From: Escherichia coli
GTDB lineage: Bacteria > Pseudomonadota > Gammaproteobacteria > Enterobacterales > Enterobacteriaceae
DNA length: 64,000 bases
Direction: 5' to 3' (one strand)
Assembly (NCBI RefSeq): GCF_016026235.1
Contig: NZ_CP065613.1
A program made the position numbers and the translations under genes. Positions 9,880 through 19,343 of the stretch are shown one piece after another. The stretch's first letter is position 1; each line of letters opens with the position of its first letter. Under the pieces are notes generated by a model. That model had not been told where the DNA came from and searched no databases. It worked only from the letters and a program-made list of their open reading frames with translations.

Positions 9880-12800
9880 TCAAGGTATGTTTAGTTCGGT
9901 TTTGATCCAAGTGTCCAAAGTGTCTACACGTACAAACTGGGTCGGAACAGGATATGGCGGATGAACCATCCAGTAGTACACATCGCGGCTTACATAGAGT
10001 TCAATATTCCTTAAAGGAACACTCTCTGGCTGTGGCCACTGGAGCAGTTCAAGCAACCTTGAACGGTGAGTTTCGAGAAATTTTCTGCGGTCTAAAATAC
10101 GACTGAATTGTCCTGCCCTGTCATTCTCTGCCTTGCCAAATATCCGATCACGAAGACGACGGCTATCTTTCATTGTAAATGGCGGCTGGTTGTACTTACA
10201 CTCTACTGTCACGAGCAAATTGCTTTCCGGCCAGTATGCAAAAACATCGAAATCACCAACGTCATCAAACTTCTCTTCCCGGAATCTTCTAAAGAAATCA
10301 ATACCTCGCTGAACATAAGGTGTATGCCTGCGGAATATTTCCTCTGTACGAAGCTCGAGACGCTTTTCAATACTCTCCTTAACCTCGCGAATGACTGGCT
10401 TAACATGAGGCCAATCAAATTCCGCAGGCAAATAACCGTCTCGTACCGCCGACATCCAAATGTACATTGCCCGGCTTGCCGACTCTGCCCCCCAACGCAA
10501 ATCGGCACCATCAATTACCAGCGGCTTGATAGTGTATCGATCGATTCGCTTATTCCGCTCCCAATATGGAATATCTCCTTCATCGATATCCCTTCCAACG
10601 AGCCTACGAACTCCTACTTCCGAAAGAGTCAGAAAAGCAACAATCTTTTGGGCCTCAGAATAGTCAAGCCTATCAATGCTATCAGCCAACCCTCGCGCAA
10701 GGCGATCAGGTGCTGCAGCATAAGACAAGGAAAGTTCGTTCCCGAATCCATATCGTTGAGCTTGCGATAACACAGCGAGAACAGTGAGCATATTCTGAAG
10801 CTCGAACCCCAAATCGGTGATAAAAGCTTTTTTGAGTTTCTCTGAAGCCAGCAACCCCTCTGGCTCTCCTTCCACCGCATCCTTGTCATTTGTGCCAAGC
10901 CCCAACCTGGACTTCGCATACTCCTTTGCAAAGGTAGCCTCACGATCACCAAAATCTGTCGAATAGAAAACTTCTGGAATATATGAGTCGTCGATCTCAA
11001 CACCACCCACATCTATACCATTGTGAAGGGTATCACTGGCACCAGTCAGCACCATGAACCAATCAACCAAGCCAACTAATTCTCGTAGTACATCCTCTGT
11101 AACTCTATCTACACCATTTGAAGATAAATTGACGGTCTTCTCTAGTAGATATCGATAATGGCGGGCCTTATCACCGAATTCTTTGCGTGCATGTTCTATC
11201 GCATCAAGTCTGTCATACTCAACTTCATGAGCAAGACTCAAACGGGCTCGTTGGATTCTAGTCCTCTCAGTAACAAGGAGGGCATCGTGTTGCTCGATGA
11301 ATGCCTGCAGAAGCTGATGCCTATCAAATGCTGCAAGTCGATTCTCAATGTGAAGACGCATGCGAGCACTGGAAGGATCAATCCTGGCCTTGGCATCTGA
11401 CAGTTCATACCTGCCAGGAATAAACCCAAGCCCCATGATTTCTGCGGCCAGTTTTCTACGGGCAAGCTTGTAATCGGTAGGCGAAGGAATTATAGGGTAT
11501 ACATAGTCGGGGACATCAATATTACGGGTCATGACTTTTAAATGATAACGAGCCGCTTGCGACGCTATATGAGTAAATCGTTGAGCAAATTCATCAGGCA
11601 TCTGCAAACCAAGTACTGCATGACATTTTTCGAGCGTTTCCAGTAAGCAACGAACCTCGAATGATCCATCCTTGGAAAGATTTAATCCAGCAAGCACTGC
11701 ACGTGTATCAACTTGAACGTGAAATACATCGGGGTTGTGGGAATCCGGGATGACTGAAGTCACCACGTGTTTAAATTCGTCTAAAGAAGAAGGACTCTCT
11801 TCAGCTTTAACCAGACTAGATGGTTCAGGGGAGCACGTAAACAAAACATGCGGCTGCCTAAATAGAGAAATATCAGACATCATTTTTCTGCAGCGATAGC
11901 TACAGTCGGCCAGAAGTTGGGCAAAAAGGTCTATCAGACGTCCATCTTCAAAGCGTAATTCTTTGGTTATTTCTATTAATGTTTGAACGGTACAGGAACC
12001 AATCGATGTTGAGTATGCCATCGCTTTGTGATGACGCGATTCAAGTCGAACGACACCTTCAGTTGAAGAACTCAACGTCCATCCGATAGAGCTGTCTGGA
12101 AATACCTTGGGTGCACGAGACCAGAATTCTGTCAATATCTTGAAGCGCCAAGAAGTCCCCCAGTGAGGGTCTAGCCCAATGAAGTTAGGTGCAATCGCAC
12201 CTTCGACAAGCACACCATGCATGTCTTTGAATGATGCAAACAGGTCTACTGTTCCACGGGAAAATGGGCTGAGCGTCCCCTCTTGAGCATCTGTAAATTT
12301 CCAATAACTTTCTAATTCTTCCAGATCGTTGAGACTATCAAAAATCGTGATGAAATCCGCTAATGGAAACAAACGAGTTGGCTTTGAGGGGAGATTGATG
12401 GAATTAAACGCAGTACCCGCGAGTGTAACGACAATAACGATGTGAAGCTCATCGACGCTAGGTTCTGCACCAACTCTAGATAGAGAAAGGAAACGTCCAT
12501 CATCAAGACGGAAGAAAATCGGCGATCCACGACTCACCTTGGCGTATATGCTTTCCGCTGCGTTTGACAGGCGGTCATTAGATGTATGGTCACATGTGCA
12601 AATGAGATATATCCCAGAATTACCCAGTATAATACAACTGATAGGCAGGTCTTTGCAGGCGGTGCCGTCAACATACAGAGTCAAAGGCCCTATAAGGGTT
12701 CTTTGGAATCGCTCAGCGACAAACTCTGCAAGTTTCCTGTGCGTAGAGGGGCTAATCCCGTTCAGATTTTTGTTAGCCCAATGGTCAATAATGAGACCCG

Positions 12801-13662
12801 GTGCACTGCGTACTGACATTGGTATCCATACCCTATCCATCTCGACAGCAAGGAAAGGTAGCGCCATGCCTTGCATCACTGCATTTCCGAACGCATCCGG
12901 TTTCAGCGGTGCTTTGAAAGTGCCAACACGAGTATCGAACGTACACCCTGCTTTCTTTCGGCGGTTCGCTAGCTCATTGCCAAGTTGTTGAAGCAAAGAC
13001 TTGCAAGTCAACCAGAAGTCTTCAGTAGCTAGTTCAACATCAGCACATTGGGCCTCGGTGTTGACAGAGAGCATCAACTCAGGAATCGATTCGATGATCT
13101 GCGCTTGCAGCGCAATGGCAAGATCCATATGGGCTTGTGCTTCTGGAATATGAGCATAGGTAATGCGAAATGCTTCTACGAAGTCAGACATTCTCTCAAT
13201 GCAACTCCCGTAGAACATAGGGACGAAGTCTTGACCAAGCCGTACTTTGATTTGCCCCCAATCAGCCTCGGGGGAAAAATCCTCAAGCATTGGGAATTCA
13301 GGCCATGATGCGTATAATTCTTTTGTAAATACTTTAAAATCTACATAGCTATCAATCGATATACCTACCTGAGACTCAAATGGCAGCTCTAAAAGGACAC
13401 ACCAAGCAAAAATATGCTTTATGGGGCTACCTGTATTGGCTGGCCAGAGTTCGGAAGTAAATAATGCAACTGCTACGTCGAGGGTTTTGTATCGGCGAAA
13501 TAAATTCTGGGTGGCTTCCAGATGCTTACAAAAGTATGTGTCTTCACCTACCCCATTCGTAAACAATTCACGATATCTGGACATATCGTGTATCAAAGAA
13601 TCATAATCAACCTTTTGCTCTGTTAGTTTTCTTTCCCGCTTTTCACGTGACTTCCTACCCAC
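9880..13662 (-). CDS. Hypothetical large protein, 1260 aa, first gene of coupled operon; C-terminal PD-(D/E)xK-like signature; no NTPase motifs
   Basis: GTG start at 13662 preceded by strong SD (AGGGAGGA, 6-nt spacer); stop 4 nt before the start of the 1475-aa gene; C-terminal GDFDVFAYWPESNLLVTVECK resembles a D...ExK nuclease motif. Confidence 0.75.
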   Translation of the reverse strand: MGRKSREKRERKLTEQKVDYDSLIHDMSRYRELFTNGVGEDTYFCKHLEATQNLFRRYKTLDVAVALFTSELWPANTGSPIKHIFAWCVLLELPFESQVGISIDSYVDFKVFTKELYASWPEFPMLEDFSPEADWGQIKVRLGQDFVPMFYGSCIERMSDFVEAFRITYAHIPEAQAHMDLAIALQAQIIESIPELMLSVNTEAQCADVELATEDFWLTCKSLLQQLGNELANRRKKAGCTFDTRVGTFKAPLKPDAFGNAVMQGMALPFLAVEMDRVWIPMSVRSAPGLIIDHWANKNLNGISPSTHRKLAEFVAERFQRTLIGPLTLYVDGTACKDLPISCIILGNSGIYLICTCDHTSNDRLSNAAESIYAKVSRGSPIFFRLDDGRFLSLSRVGAEPSVDELHIVIVVTLAGTAFNSINLPSKPTRLFPLADFITIFDSLNDLEELESYWKFTDAQEGTLSPFSRGTVDLFASFKDMHGVLVEGAIAPNFIGLDPHWGTSWRFKILTEFWSRAPKVFPDSSIGWTLSSSTEGVVRLESRHHKAMAYSTSIGSCTVQTLIEITKELRFEDGRLIDLFAQLLADCSYRCRKMMSDISLFRQPHVLFTCSPEPSSLVKAEESPSSLDEFKHVVTSVIPDSHNPDVFHVQVDTRAVLAGLNLSKDGSFEVRCLLETLEKCHAVLGLQMPDEFAQRFTHIASQAARYHLKVMTRNIDVPDYVYPIIPSPTDYKLARRKLAAEIMGLGFIPGRYELSDAKARIDPSSARMRLHIENRLAAFDRHQLLQAFIEQHDALLVTERTRIQRARLSLAHEVEYDRLDAIEHARKEFGDKARHYRYLLEKTVNLSSNGVDRVTEDVLRELVGLVDWFMVLTGASDTLHNGIDVGGVEIDDSYIPEVFYSTDFGDREATFAKEYAKSRLGLGTNDKDAVEGEPEGLLASEKLKKAFITDLGFELQNMLTVLAVLSQAQRYGFGNELSLSYAAAPDRLARGLADSIDRLDYSEAQKIVAFLTLSEVGVRRLVGRDIDEGDIPYWERNKRIDRYTIKPLVIDGADLRWGAESASRAMYIWMSAVRDGYLPAEFDWPHVKPVIREVKESIEKRLELRTEEIFRRHTPYVQRGIDFFRRFREEKFDDVGDFDVFAYWPESNLLVTVECKYNQPPFTMKDSRRLRDRIFGKAENDRAGQFSRILDRRKFLETHRSRLLELLQWPQPESVPLRNIELYVSRDVYYWMVHPPYPVPTQFVRVDTLDTWIKTELNIP

Positions 13663-13982
13663 TTCATATCCTCCCTGTATGCATACGTTGACAGTCTATA
13701 CGGTATCGAAGCATAGAAATTATTAATGCGTATCATAATGAATATCTTGAGTCACTTACTGTACCGCCCTCACAAAAGTGCATAGCCTCAAACTATCAAA
13801 CACATCCGACAAATTGTTACATTTATATTATTGCAACCATAAAACCCAATAATTTGATAAATAATAAATTTTTCTTATTTCAACTAGTCACACTTCAGAT
13901 TGGTTTACATAACTTTAGCGCAAATCACTGTTTGCCAATAATCACTTCTTCAAAAGCGGCTTTCACATTTTCATCCTCCGCT

Positions 13983-14191
13983 ATCCGCCCTGATCAGTTA
14001 CCACAGCTAATGCAGACAATGCGAAATGCCAACATTATTTTGCCTACTCGATGCTTGTTCATGTGGCAACTTCTAACTATCTCACGACCCGCAGAAGCGG
14101 CAGAAGCTCGTTGGGATGAGATCGATTTTGAAGCTAAAGAATGGAAAATTCCTGCAGCTCGAATGAAGATGAACCGGGACCATACGGTTCC
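13983..14191 (+). pseudogene. Truncated integrase fragment (int remnant) corresponding to an internal ~70-residue segment of the IntA-like protein
   Basis: Translation IRPDQLPQLMQTMR...AARMKMNRDHTVPL parallels residues encoded at nt 85-293; nt 14112-14191 are 80/80 identical to nt 214-293, flanks diverged; similarity ends abruptly at 14191. Confidence 0.8.
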
Positions 14192-14622
14192 GCTAGGTTC
14201 GCGAGGCCTGAGCTTGGCGCAGCTATCGCCAGCAGAATCACCGCTGATGCAAGTGGCGCAGGCGCAGTTAAAGCATCTGTTACCCGCACATCTGATGGCT
14301 TCATTTTCGCCGTTTTTTAGTCAAGCGGGACACACTTCCTAGCCACAGCAAACGGGCGCTGAGAGAGTGGGAATGGCCGCAGAAGGTGCGGGTGGTCGCG
14401 GCCAGTCAGCCGCTCCTACCACCGGTGATCCAGGAAGGCATGTTTGACGCGGTCAGTGAAGCGCTTTACCAAGACCCTTGGCTGAACATTGATTACCGCA
14501 ATGCTCAAGATACTCGCCGTCAGGCGGAGGTGATGCCCCTTGGTTTTAGTCCTACAGGGCTCACGTCTGCAAAGCTAATGGGAAGAGTGTGGTACTCACT
14601 CTCTCCCATATAATCTTCCAAA

Positions 14623-14850
14623 CTATGGCGAAACAGGCGTTAGCGGTTTTTTTACTTTGCTCAAAATCCAGGCATCAATCTCGGATTCTAGCCACCCCAC
14701 CGTCTTTGCTCCCAGTTTCACCCTTTGGGGAAATGTCGGATCATGACGATCAGAACTAGGGTCAAGCCAGTCGTATACCATTGAACGCCCAATGCCTAAC
14801 TTCTTGACAAGTGCAGGTACACGAAGGATTTTTACAGACTTTGGTTCCAT
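14623..14850 (-). CDS. AlpA-family phage transcriptional regulator (predicted excisionase-like DNA-binding protein), 75 aa
   Basis: Translation contains the AlpA-like core (ILRVPALVKKLGIGRSMVYDWL... KTVGWLESEIDAWI). Confidence 0.7.
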   Translation of the reverse strand: MEPKSVKILRVPALVKKLGIGRSMVYDWLDPSSDRHDPTFPQRVKLGAKTVGWLESEIDAWILSKVKKPLTPVSP

Positions 14851-14964
14851 TAAAGAGCTTCCTCTCTTGGTTTGCTTAGGATGGAAGTCAGACTATCTAC
14901 TGATGCAACTGTGCGACATACGGCTGCAGTACTTCATTTTTTACGGAGCTTAACTGATTGAATA

Positions 14965-15687
14965 ATGGATAATTTTAGTTTTAACGATTTTATCGTTGAT
15001 TTGAAAACTATGTTCAATAATAAGAGCGCAAGCTTGTCCAATAGACTCATGGCGGCTGACCGGGAGCAGGAAAAGGTTATTTCAGATGCAAATGAATATC
15101 ATGAGTTTGTACTATCGCTGGTTGAAAGCATGCTTACGAACCCGGTAGTACGCCGTAGGTTTGATGATCAAGTCTACAGAATGTCATTTGATGAACCAGA
15201 CACGGTTAGCGAAACTATAAGTGAGCTTGTTTTCCTGGCTGATGTTAACTGGCAGCTAGGGCTTGGGCTTCTGAATACGAATAAAAATGAAGCGATAAAG
15301 TGCCTACTCTTAGCTATTGAATACCTTGATTACTGTCGTGGTCTTGAAGATCAAGAATTATGGCAACAGCAACAGACCACAAAATTAGATGTTCCGGCGC
15401 AGAGGGGTAGAAGTAAAGCTGCTCGCTTTGATCCCATTAAAGCCAAAATTATCAGGCTTTTGCAGGAAGCTTGCCCCTCAGACGGATGGGATACTAAATC
15501 AGAAGCTTTGAAGAGCATAGAGAATGGGATTAATGAACTGAAATGGCCATCTGCACGTGATCAGAACAATCTGCCCAAAACCGGAGCTGAAATATTTGCA
15601 ATGAAGATACGCCAGGTTGAGGTCTGGTCAAGTCAGGATCAGAAAATTAAAGCTGCATTTGATAGTGTCGTAAAGCCTAAAAAATAG
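14965..15687 (+). CDS. Hypothetical protein, 240 aa, orphan cargo gene
   Basis: ORF on the opposite strand between the AlpA-like and HUH-like genes; no motif recognised. Confidence 0.5.
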   Translation: MDNFSFNDFIVDLKTMFNNKSASLSNRLMAADREQEKVISDANEYHEFVLSLVESMLTNPVVRRRFDDQVYRMSFDEPDTVSETISELVFLADVNWQLGLGLLNTNKNEAIKCLLLAIEYLDYCRGLEDQELWQQQQTTKLDVPAQRGRSKAARFDPIKAKIIRLLQEACPSDGWDTKSEALKSIENGINELKWPSARDQNNLPKTGAEIFAMKIRQVEVWSSQDQKIKAAFDSVVKPKK

Positions 15688-15757
15688 ATGTACTTGAGGT
15701 CTAATATGCTGGCAGTTTAAGCCTTAAAAGCCAAACTGCCATCTCACAACGCGCATG

Positions 15758-16399
15758 TTACCTGCGGCTCATTCCAATTGATCGATATCCATCGTCATAA
15801 CTCTTGGTGTGGTCTTTAGCCATATACTCCATGCGCTTCAGTAATTCTTTAACCTGTTGCATATAATTAGGGAGTTTTCTGTTTAAATAAAAACAACCGT
15901 TCTCAGTCATATTCGCCAGACCTGTATATTGCTCTGTATCCAAGCCTAACGCACTACACCATGCCTGCTGGATTAATGCGTATAAACTGTCATCGGAGTT
16001 ATAGTTCCCGGCACCATGGTAGAAGTCTTTATTCAGTAGCAGTAATACATGGTAATGTTTACGGCGGTTAAGTTCACCTACTTCACGTACCCATGCATAC
16101 CGTAATCTATTAGATCGGTTACGTTTCCATCGTAGGTTCTTACGTTGGCAATCGACCAGCAACTTAGCTTTCAGTGATTCAATAAAACGAGTAACCTCTT
16201 TGTTCGAATCACCATACTGATAGTGGCGGGGAAAACGTAAATCAACACGTAGTGCTAACGTACGTGGAAACTCGTCTACTGCATTACGAATAACATCATA
16301 AAATGCTTGCTGGTAGTAAGCATTCAAGGAATTATGCTGCATGTTAATACCTGAATAAATAATTAATATTGAGGTGAGTAAGAATAAATAACCATACAA
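15758..16399 (-). CDS. YfjJ/YagK-like protein (inovirus Gp2 / rolling-circle initiator-like family), 213 aa
   Basis: HUH-type motif KHYHVLLLL; size and position immediately downstream of a YfjI-like gene as in CP4-type islands. Confidence 0.65.
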   Translation of the reverse strand: MYGYLFLLTSILIIYSGINMQHNSLNAYYQQAFYDVIRNAVDEFPRTLALRVDLRFPRHYQYGDSNKEVTRFIESLKAKLLVDCQRKNLRWKRNRSNRLRYAWVREVGELNRRKHYHVLLLLNKDFYHGAGNYNSDDSLYALIQQAWCSALGLDTEQYTGLANMTENGCFYLNRKLPNYMQQVKELLKRMEYMAKDHTKSYDDGYRSIGMSRR

Positions 16400-16406
16400 T
16401 TAACCA

Positions 16407-17645
16407 TCATGATAATGTAGCATGCAGAAGCCATGATAATAGCAGCGCTTCATAGTAGCCCTCCTGAGCCCCAAAGACCTTTATTGCCTGTTGCATGTAC
16501 CATTCACACAGCAACCAGGCATTTTCGACATATTCTTTTTTTATCGCGCATTCACCTTCAGTATAGTAACTCAGCAGCGCGGCCAGACGTGCAACATTAT
16601 TCGGAAGTTTGGATGCAAAATCATTCATGTTTGCATATTCCCTGTCGGGGCCAATACTGCTTTCTATTTCATCGTGAATTTCTTTCCACGCCGCCAAGGC
16701 TGAGGGCTCGAATGATAAACATGTCTGATGCCCAGTCCCGTGTTGAGAAGCACTTTTTTCTATCAGTTCATTCATACGTTGGTAGAAGCGATTAAGATTC
16801 TCCAGCTTACCTGACTGAGGGGAAGATAGACGACTAATAAAACGCTGGCCCTGTGTCGATAATTTCGCATCAATATACAAGATAAAACAGCGTGCAAACA
16901 AACCACTCCCGCGTGCATGTTCGCCCTTGCGTTTTAAAAAATCGTAAAATATTGCTTTTTGTACCATGACTAACAACGTAATACGTCCATTCTTAATCGT
17001 AAAACTTGGCCCTGTTTTCCGATTAACATGAAAACTTTCATCATCCCATATGGAGTTCATAAATCCCAAATCACTCATAGTCCGTCTGCTAAGTATATTA
17101 GCCCCCTCATCAGTTATTAGTCCTGTTTGTGGCGAGTGGGTATACATTTCAAACTGCAGGGCTTCAGGGGTGACATTATTATAAATATACCTTTTGGCTT
17201 TCGGTTGTACTGGCTTTTCAGCAGATAACTGTTCTAACTGCCGTGAAAGTTTATCTGTACATAGTCCTTTCATAGTGTCTTTATCAATGCATTTCAGAAG
17301 TGCATTTTCTTTCTTGCTCCATATTTTAGACTGGACCTCATGTTCTTTCTTCTGCTTTTCATACTGGAGTAATACACGCAGATCATGCTCATGAAAAGGT
17401 TTTAACAGCAGTTTTTCCACCGCTGTTTTTCTCTCGCCAGAATCTGCTATCACGAATGAATACAATGACACCGGAGACTTCATGGTGTCTGTTATTTTTA
17501 CATTAATCAGGCTCTGACACGCCAGTGATAATCCACTCAGCAATGTTAATGCAATCATTTCCCCCGGGGCTCGTGTGCATTCCTCAATATCAAAAATAGT
17601 TTCAAGCAATGACGAGGGGAAAGCGTTAAATGGAAACTCCTGCAT
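16407..17645 (-). CDS. YfjI-like protein (DUF3987-type), 412 aa
   Basis: Position upstream of the YfjJ-like gene on the same strand with a 7-bp gap; family assignment from synteny and overall similarity, not a motif. Confidence 0.55.
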   Translation of the reverse strand: MQEFPFNAFPSSLLETIFDIEECTRAPGEMIALTLLSGLSLACQSLINVKITDTMKSPVSLYSFVIADSGERKTAVEKLLLKPFHEHDLRVLLQYEKQKKEHEVQSKIWSKKENALLKCIDKDTMKGLCTDKLSRQLEQLSAEKPVQPKAKRYIYNNVTPEALQFEMYTHSPQTGLITDEGANILSRRTMSDLGFMNSIWDDESFHVNRKTGPSFTIKNGRITLLVMVQKAIFYDFLKRKGEHARGSGLFARCFILYIDAKLSTQGQRFISRLSSPQSGKLENLNRFYQRMNELIEKSASQHGTGHQTCLSFEPSALAAWKEIHDEIESSIGPDREYANMNDFASKLPNNVARLAALLSYYTEGECAIKKEYVENAWLLCEWYMQQAIKVFGAQEGYYEALLLSWLLHATLS

Positions 17646-17959
17646 GACAATACCTCCAGAAAATGTTGTTTTGATAATTGAAAACTAATCTGGAATGCGA
17701 TCGCAAGTCAATATGAAAAACTGATATTTAGTCTAGTCAGACAGCGTTGGACTAAATTAGTCAAGTGGCAGCTTCTGGTATTTTCATTCGCCTGTGCTTT
17801 CTTTATAAAAACACAGACGAGTAATGTCAGTACGGAGATATACTGCCAGGTAATATGATTTAAATAATTCTCAGATATATATAACCTCAGTGAATTTCCA
17901 CCCGTTTTAATCCAACAGGTCATCCCCACCGGATGGCCTTTTTTCATTCAGAGGCCGAT

Positions 17960-18847
17960 ATGAAACATCCCTCGGGTTATACCCTTATCCGTCGCCATCT
18001 GCGGCGTTATCCACACGCGCTACGCCAGCATTTGCTGCAGGAGCTCAACCGACTCGTTACGTATGAACCGGTGATTGGCATCATGGGAAAAACCGGCGTC
18101 GGCAAATCCTCGCTGTGCAATGCACTGTTCCGGAGCGAAGTCTGTACTGTCAATGCCGTGGAAGCCTGCACCCGTCAGCCACAGCGTGTCCGGCTGCGCT
18201 TCGGCAGCCATTATCTGACGCTGGTCGACTTGCCCGGAGTGGGCGAGTCTGTTACCCGCGACGGTGAATACCGTGAGCTGTATCGTGACCTCATGCCACA
18301 GCTCGATATGGTGCTGTGGGTGCTCAAGGCCGATGACCGCGCATTTGCGGTGGAAGAGCAATTTTATCAGGACGTGTTCGCGCAGTTCAGAGGACCGATA
18401 CCGCCAGTGCTGTGGATACTCAACCAAGTGGACAAAACCGAACCTGCCGAGCAGTGGCGATGGTTGTCGGCTCAACCCTCGGCGTTACAGGCGGAGCGTA
18501 TTGCGCAGAAACGGCAGGCTGTGGCACGTCAGTTGCAGATAGCAGAAATAGATATTCTGCCAGTCTCTGTCCGGGGGCGTTACCGGCTGCCGCGCCTGGT
18601 GGAGACCATGATTACCCGCCTCCCAAAGCAAGCCCGCAGTCCACTTGTGCCTCATCTGCAGAACCGGTATCGCACTGATACCGTTATCAATACCGCCAGC
18701 AGCAGCTTTGGCGATGCCGTGGTAGAGGTGATTGATAACATCATTGACCTCGCACCGCTGCCGCAGGTGGCCCGCACAGCACTGCATGCGGTGACCCACA
18801 CCGTCGCCCGCGCGGCAGGCTCCCTGTGGGGATTTTTCTTCGGCTAG
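17960..18847 (+). CDS. YfjP/YeeP/YkfA-family GTPase (50S ribosome-binding GTPase domain)
   Basis: G1 P-loop GIMGKTGVGKSS, G3-like DLPGVG, NQVDK (NKxD-like); likely start ATG 17960 (MKHPSGY) preceded by GAGG; track ORF begins at 17933. Confidence 0.8.
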   Translation: MKHPSGYTLIRRHLRRYPHALRQHLLQELNRLVTYEPVIGIMGKTGVGKSSLCNALFRSEVCTVNAVEACTRQPQRVRLRFGSHYLTLVDLPGVGESVTRDGEYRELYRDLMPQLDMVLWVLKADDRAFAVEEQFYQDVFAQFRGPIPPVLWILNQVDKTEPAEQWRWLSAQPSALQAERIAQKRQAVARQLQIAEIDILPVSVRGRYRLPRLVETMITRLPKQARSPLVPHLQNRYRTDTVINTASSSFGDAVVEVIDNIIDLAPLPQVARTALHAVTHTVARAAGSLWGFFFG

Positions 18848-19059
18848 TCACTTCGCTTTCGATGAGCGGCCTTGCCGTTTTCGATAAGTTTCTTTGTTTC
18901 ATTACGATCGATTTTGTCGATCGAGCCGATCGATATTCATCGTTGTACATGATTAATCCGGTAGCCACATAATCCACAGGGCATTATGTGATTTGTTAAT
19001 TTTAACCATCAAAATCAATGCGATGTATCGCAGGGATTGTCACGCATTAAGGAAAGTAT

Positions 19060-19218
19060 ATGCCGTTAATTCTGTTATGGGGCGGTCTGGCCCTGTTGCT
19101 GGGTATCGTGGCTTCCGCTAATGGACGCTCGTTCTGGGGCTGGTTCATTCTCGGTCTGATTATCGACCCGATACTGGCGGGGCTGCTGTACTGGCTTATT
19201 GCAAAGGACCGCACATGA
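19060..19218 (+). CDS. Small hydrophobic protein, 52 aa (two predicted TM helices)
   Basis: ATG ORF rich in L/G/I/W; stop overlaps the next ATG. Confidence 0.4.
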   Translation: MPLILLWGGLALLLGIVASANGRSFWGWFILGLIIDPILAGLLYWLIAKDRT

Positions 19219-19331
19219 AAACATTTCTGCGTCTGTTCGGTAAGTTCACCCGCTGGTACATCACCCTCATTATCTTTATGGCCTGCCTACTGCTCATTAT
19301 CACCACCCTGGGCAATATGGCTGGCTTCTGA
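19215..19331 (+). CDS. Small hydrophobic protein, 38 aa, start overlaps the previous stop (ATGA)
   Basis: ATG at 19215 overlaps TGA 19216-19218; single predicted TM segment. Confidence 0.35.
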   Translation: MKTFLRLFGKFTRWYITLIIFMACLLLIITTLGNMAGF

Positions 19332-19343
19332 CAGGACACTCCA

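Noticed and set aside
4003..13662. Assigning the operon to a named defence system (Avs1-4, Druantia, Zorya, Wadjet, Gabija, Septu, Thoeris, Hachiman, BREX, CBASS)
   Set aside because: Gene number, sizes and visible motifs do not fit any of these (no helicase, SMC, cyclase, TIR/SIR2, PglZ or MotAB-like components), so it is reported only as an uncharacterised STAND-containing operon.
14386..14613. 75-aa plus-strand ORF between the int remnant and the AlpA-like gene
   Set aside because: No motif or RBS and it lies in what looks like a decayed junction; kept only as part of a finding, not annotated as a gene.
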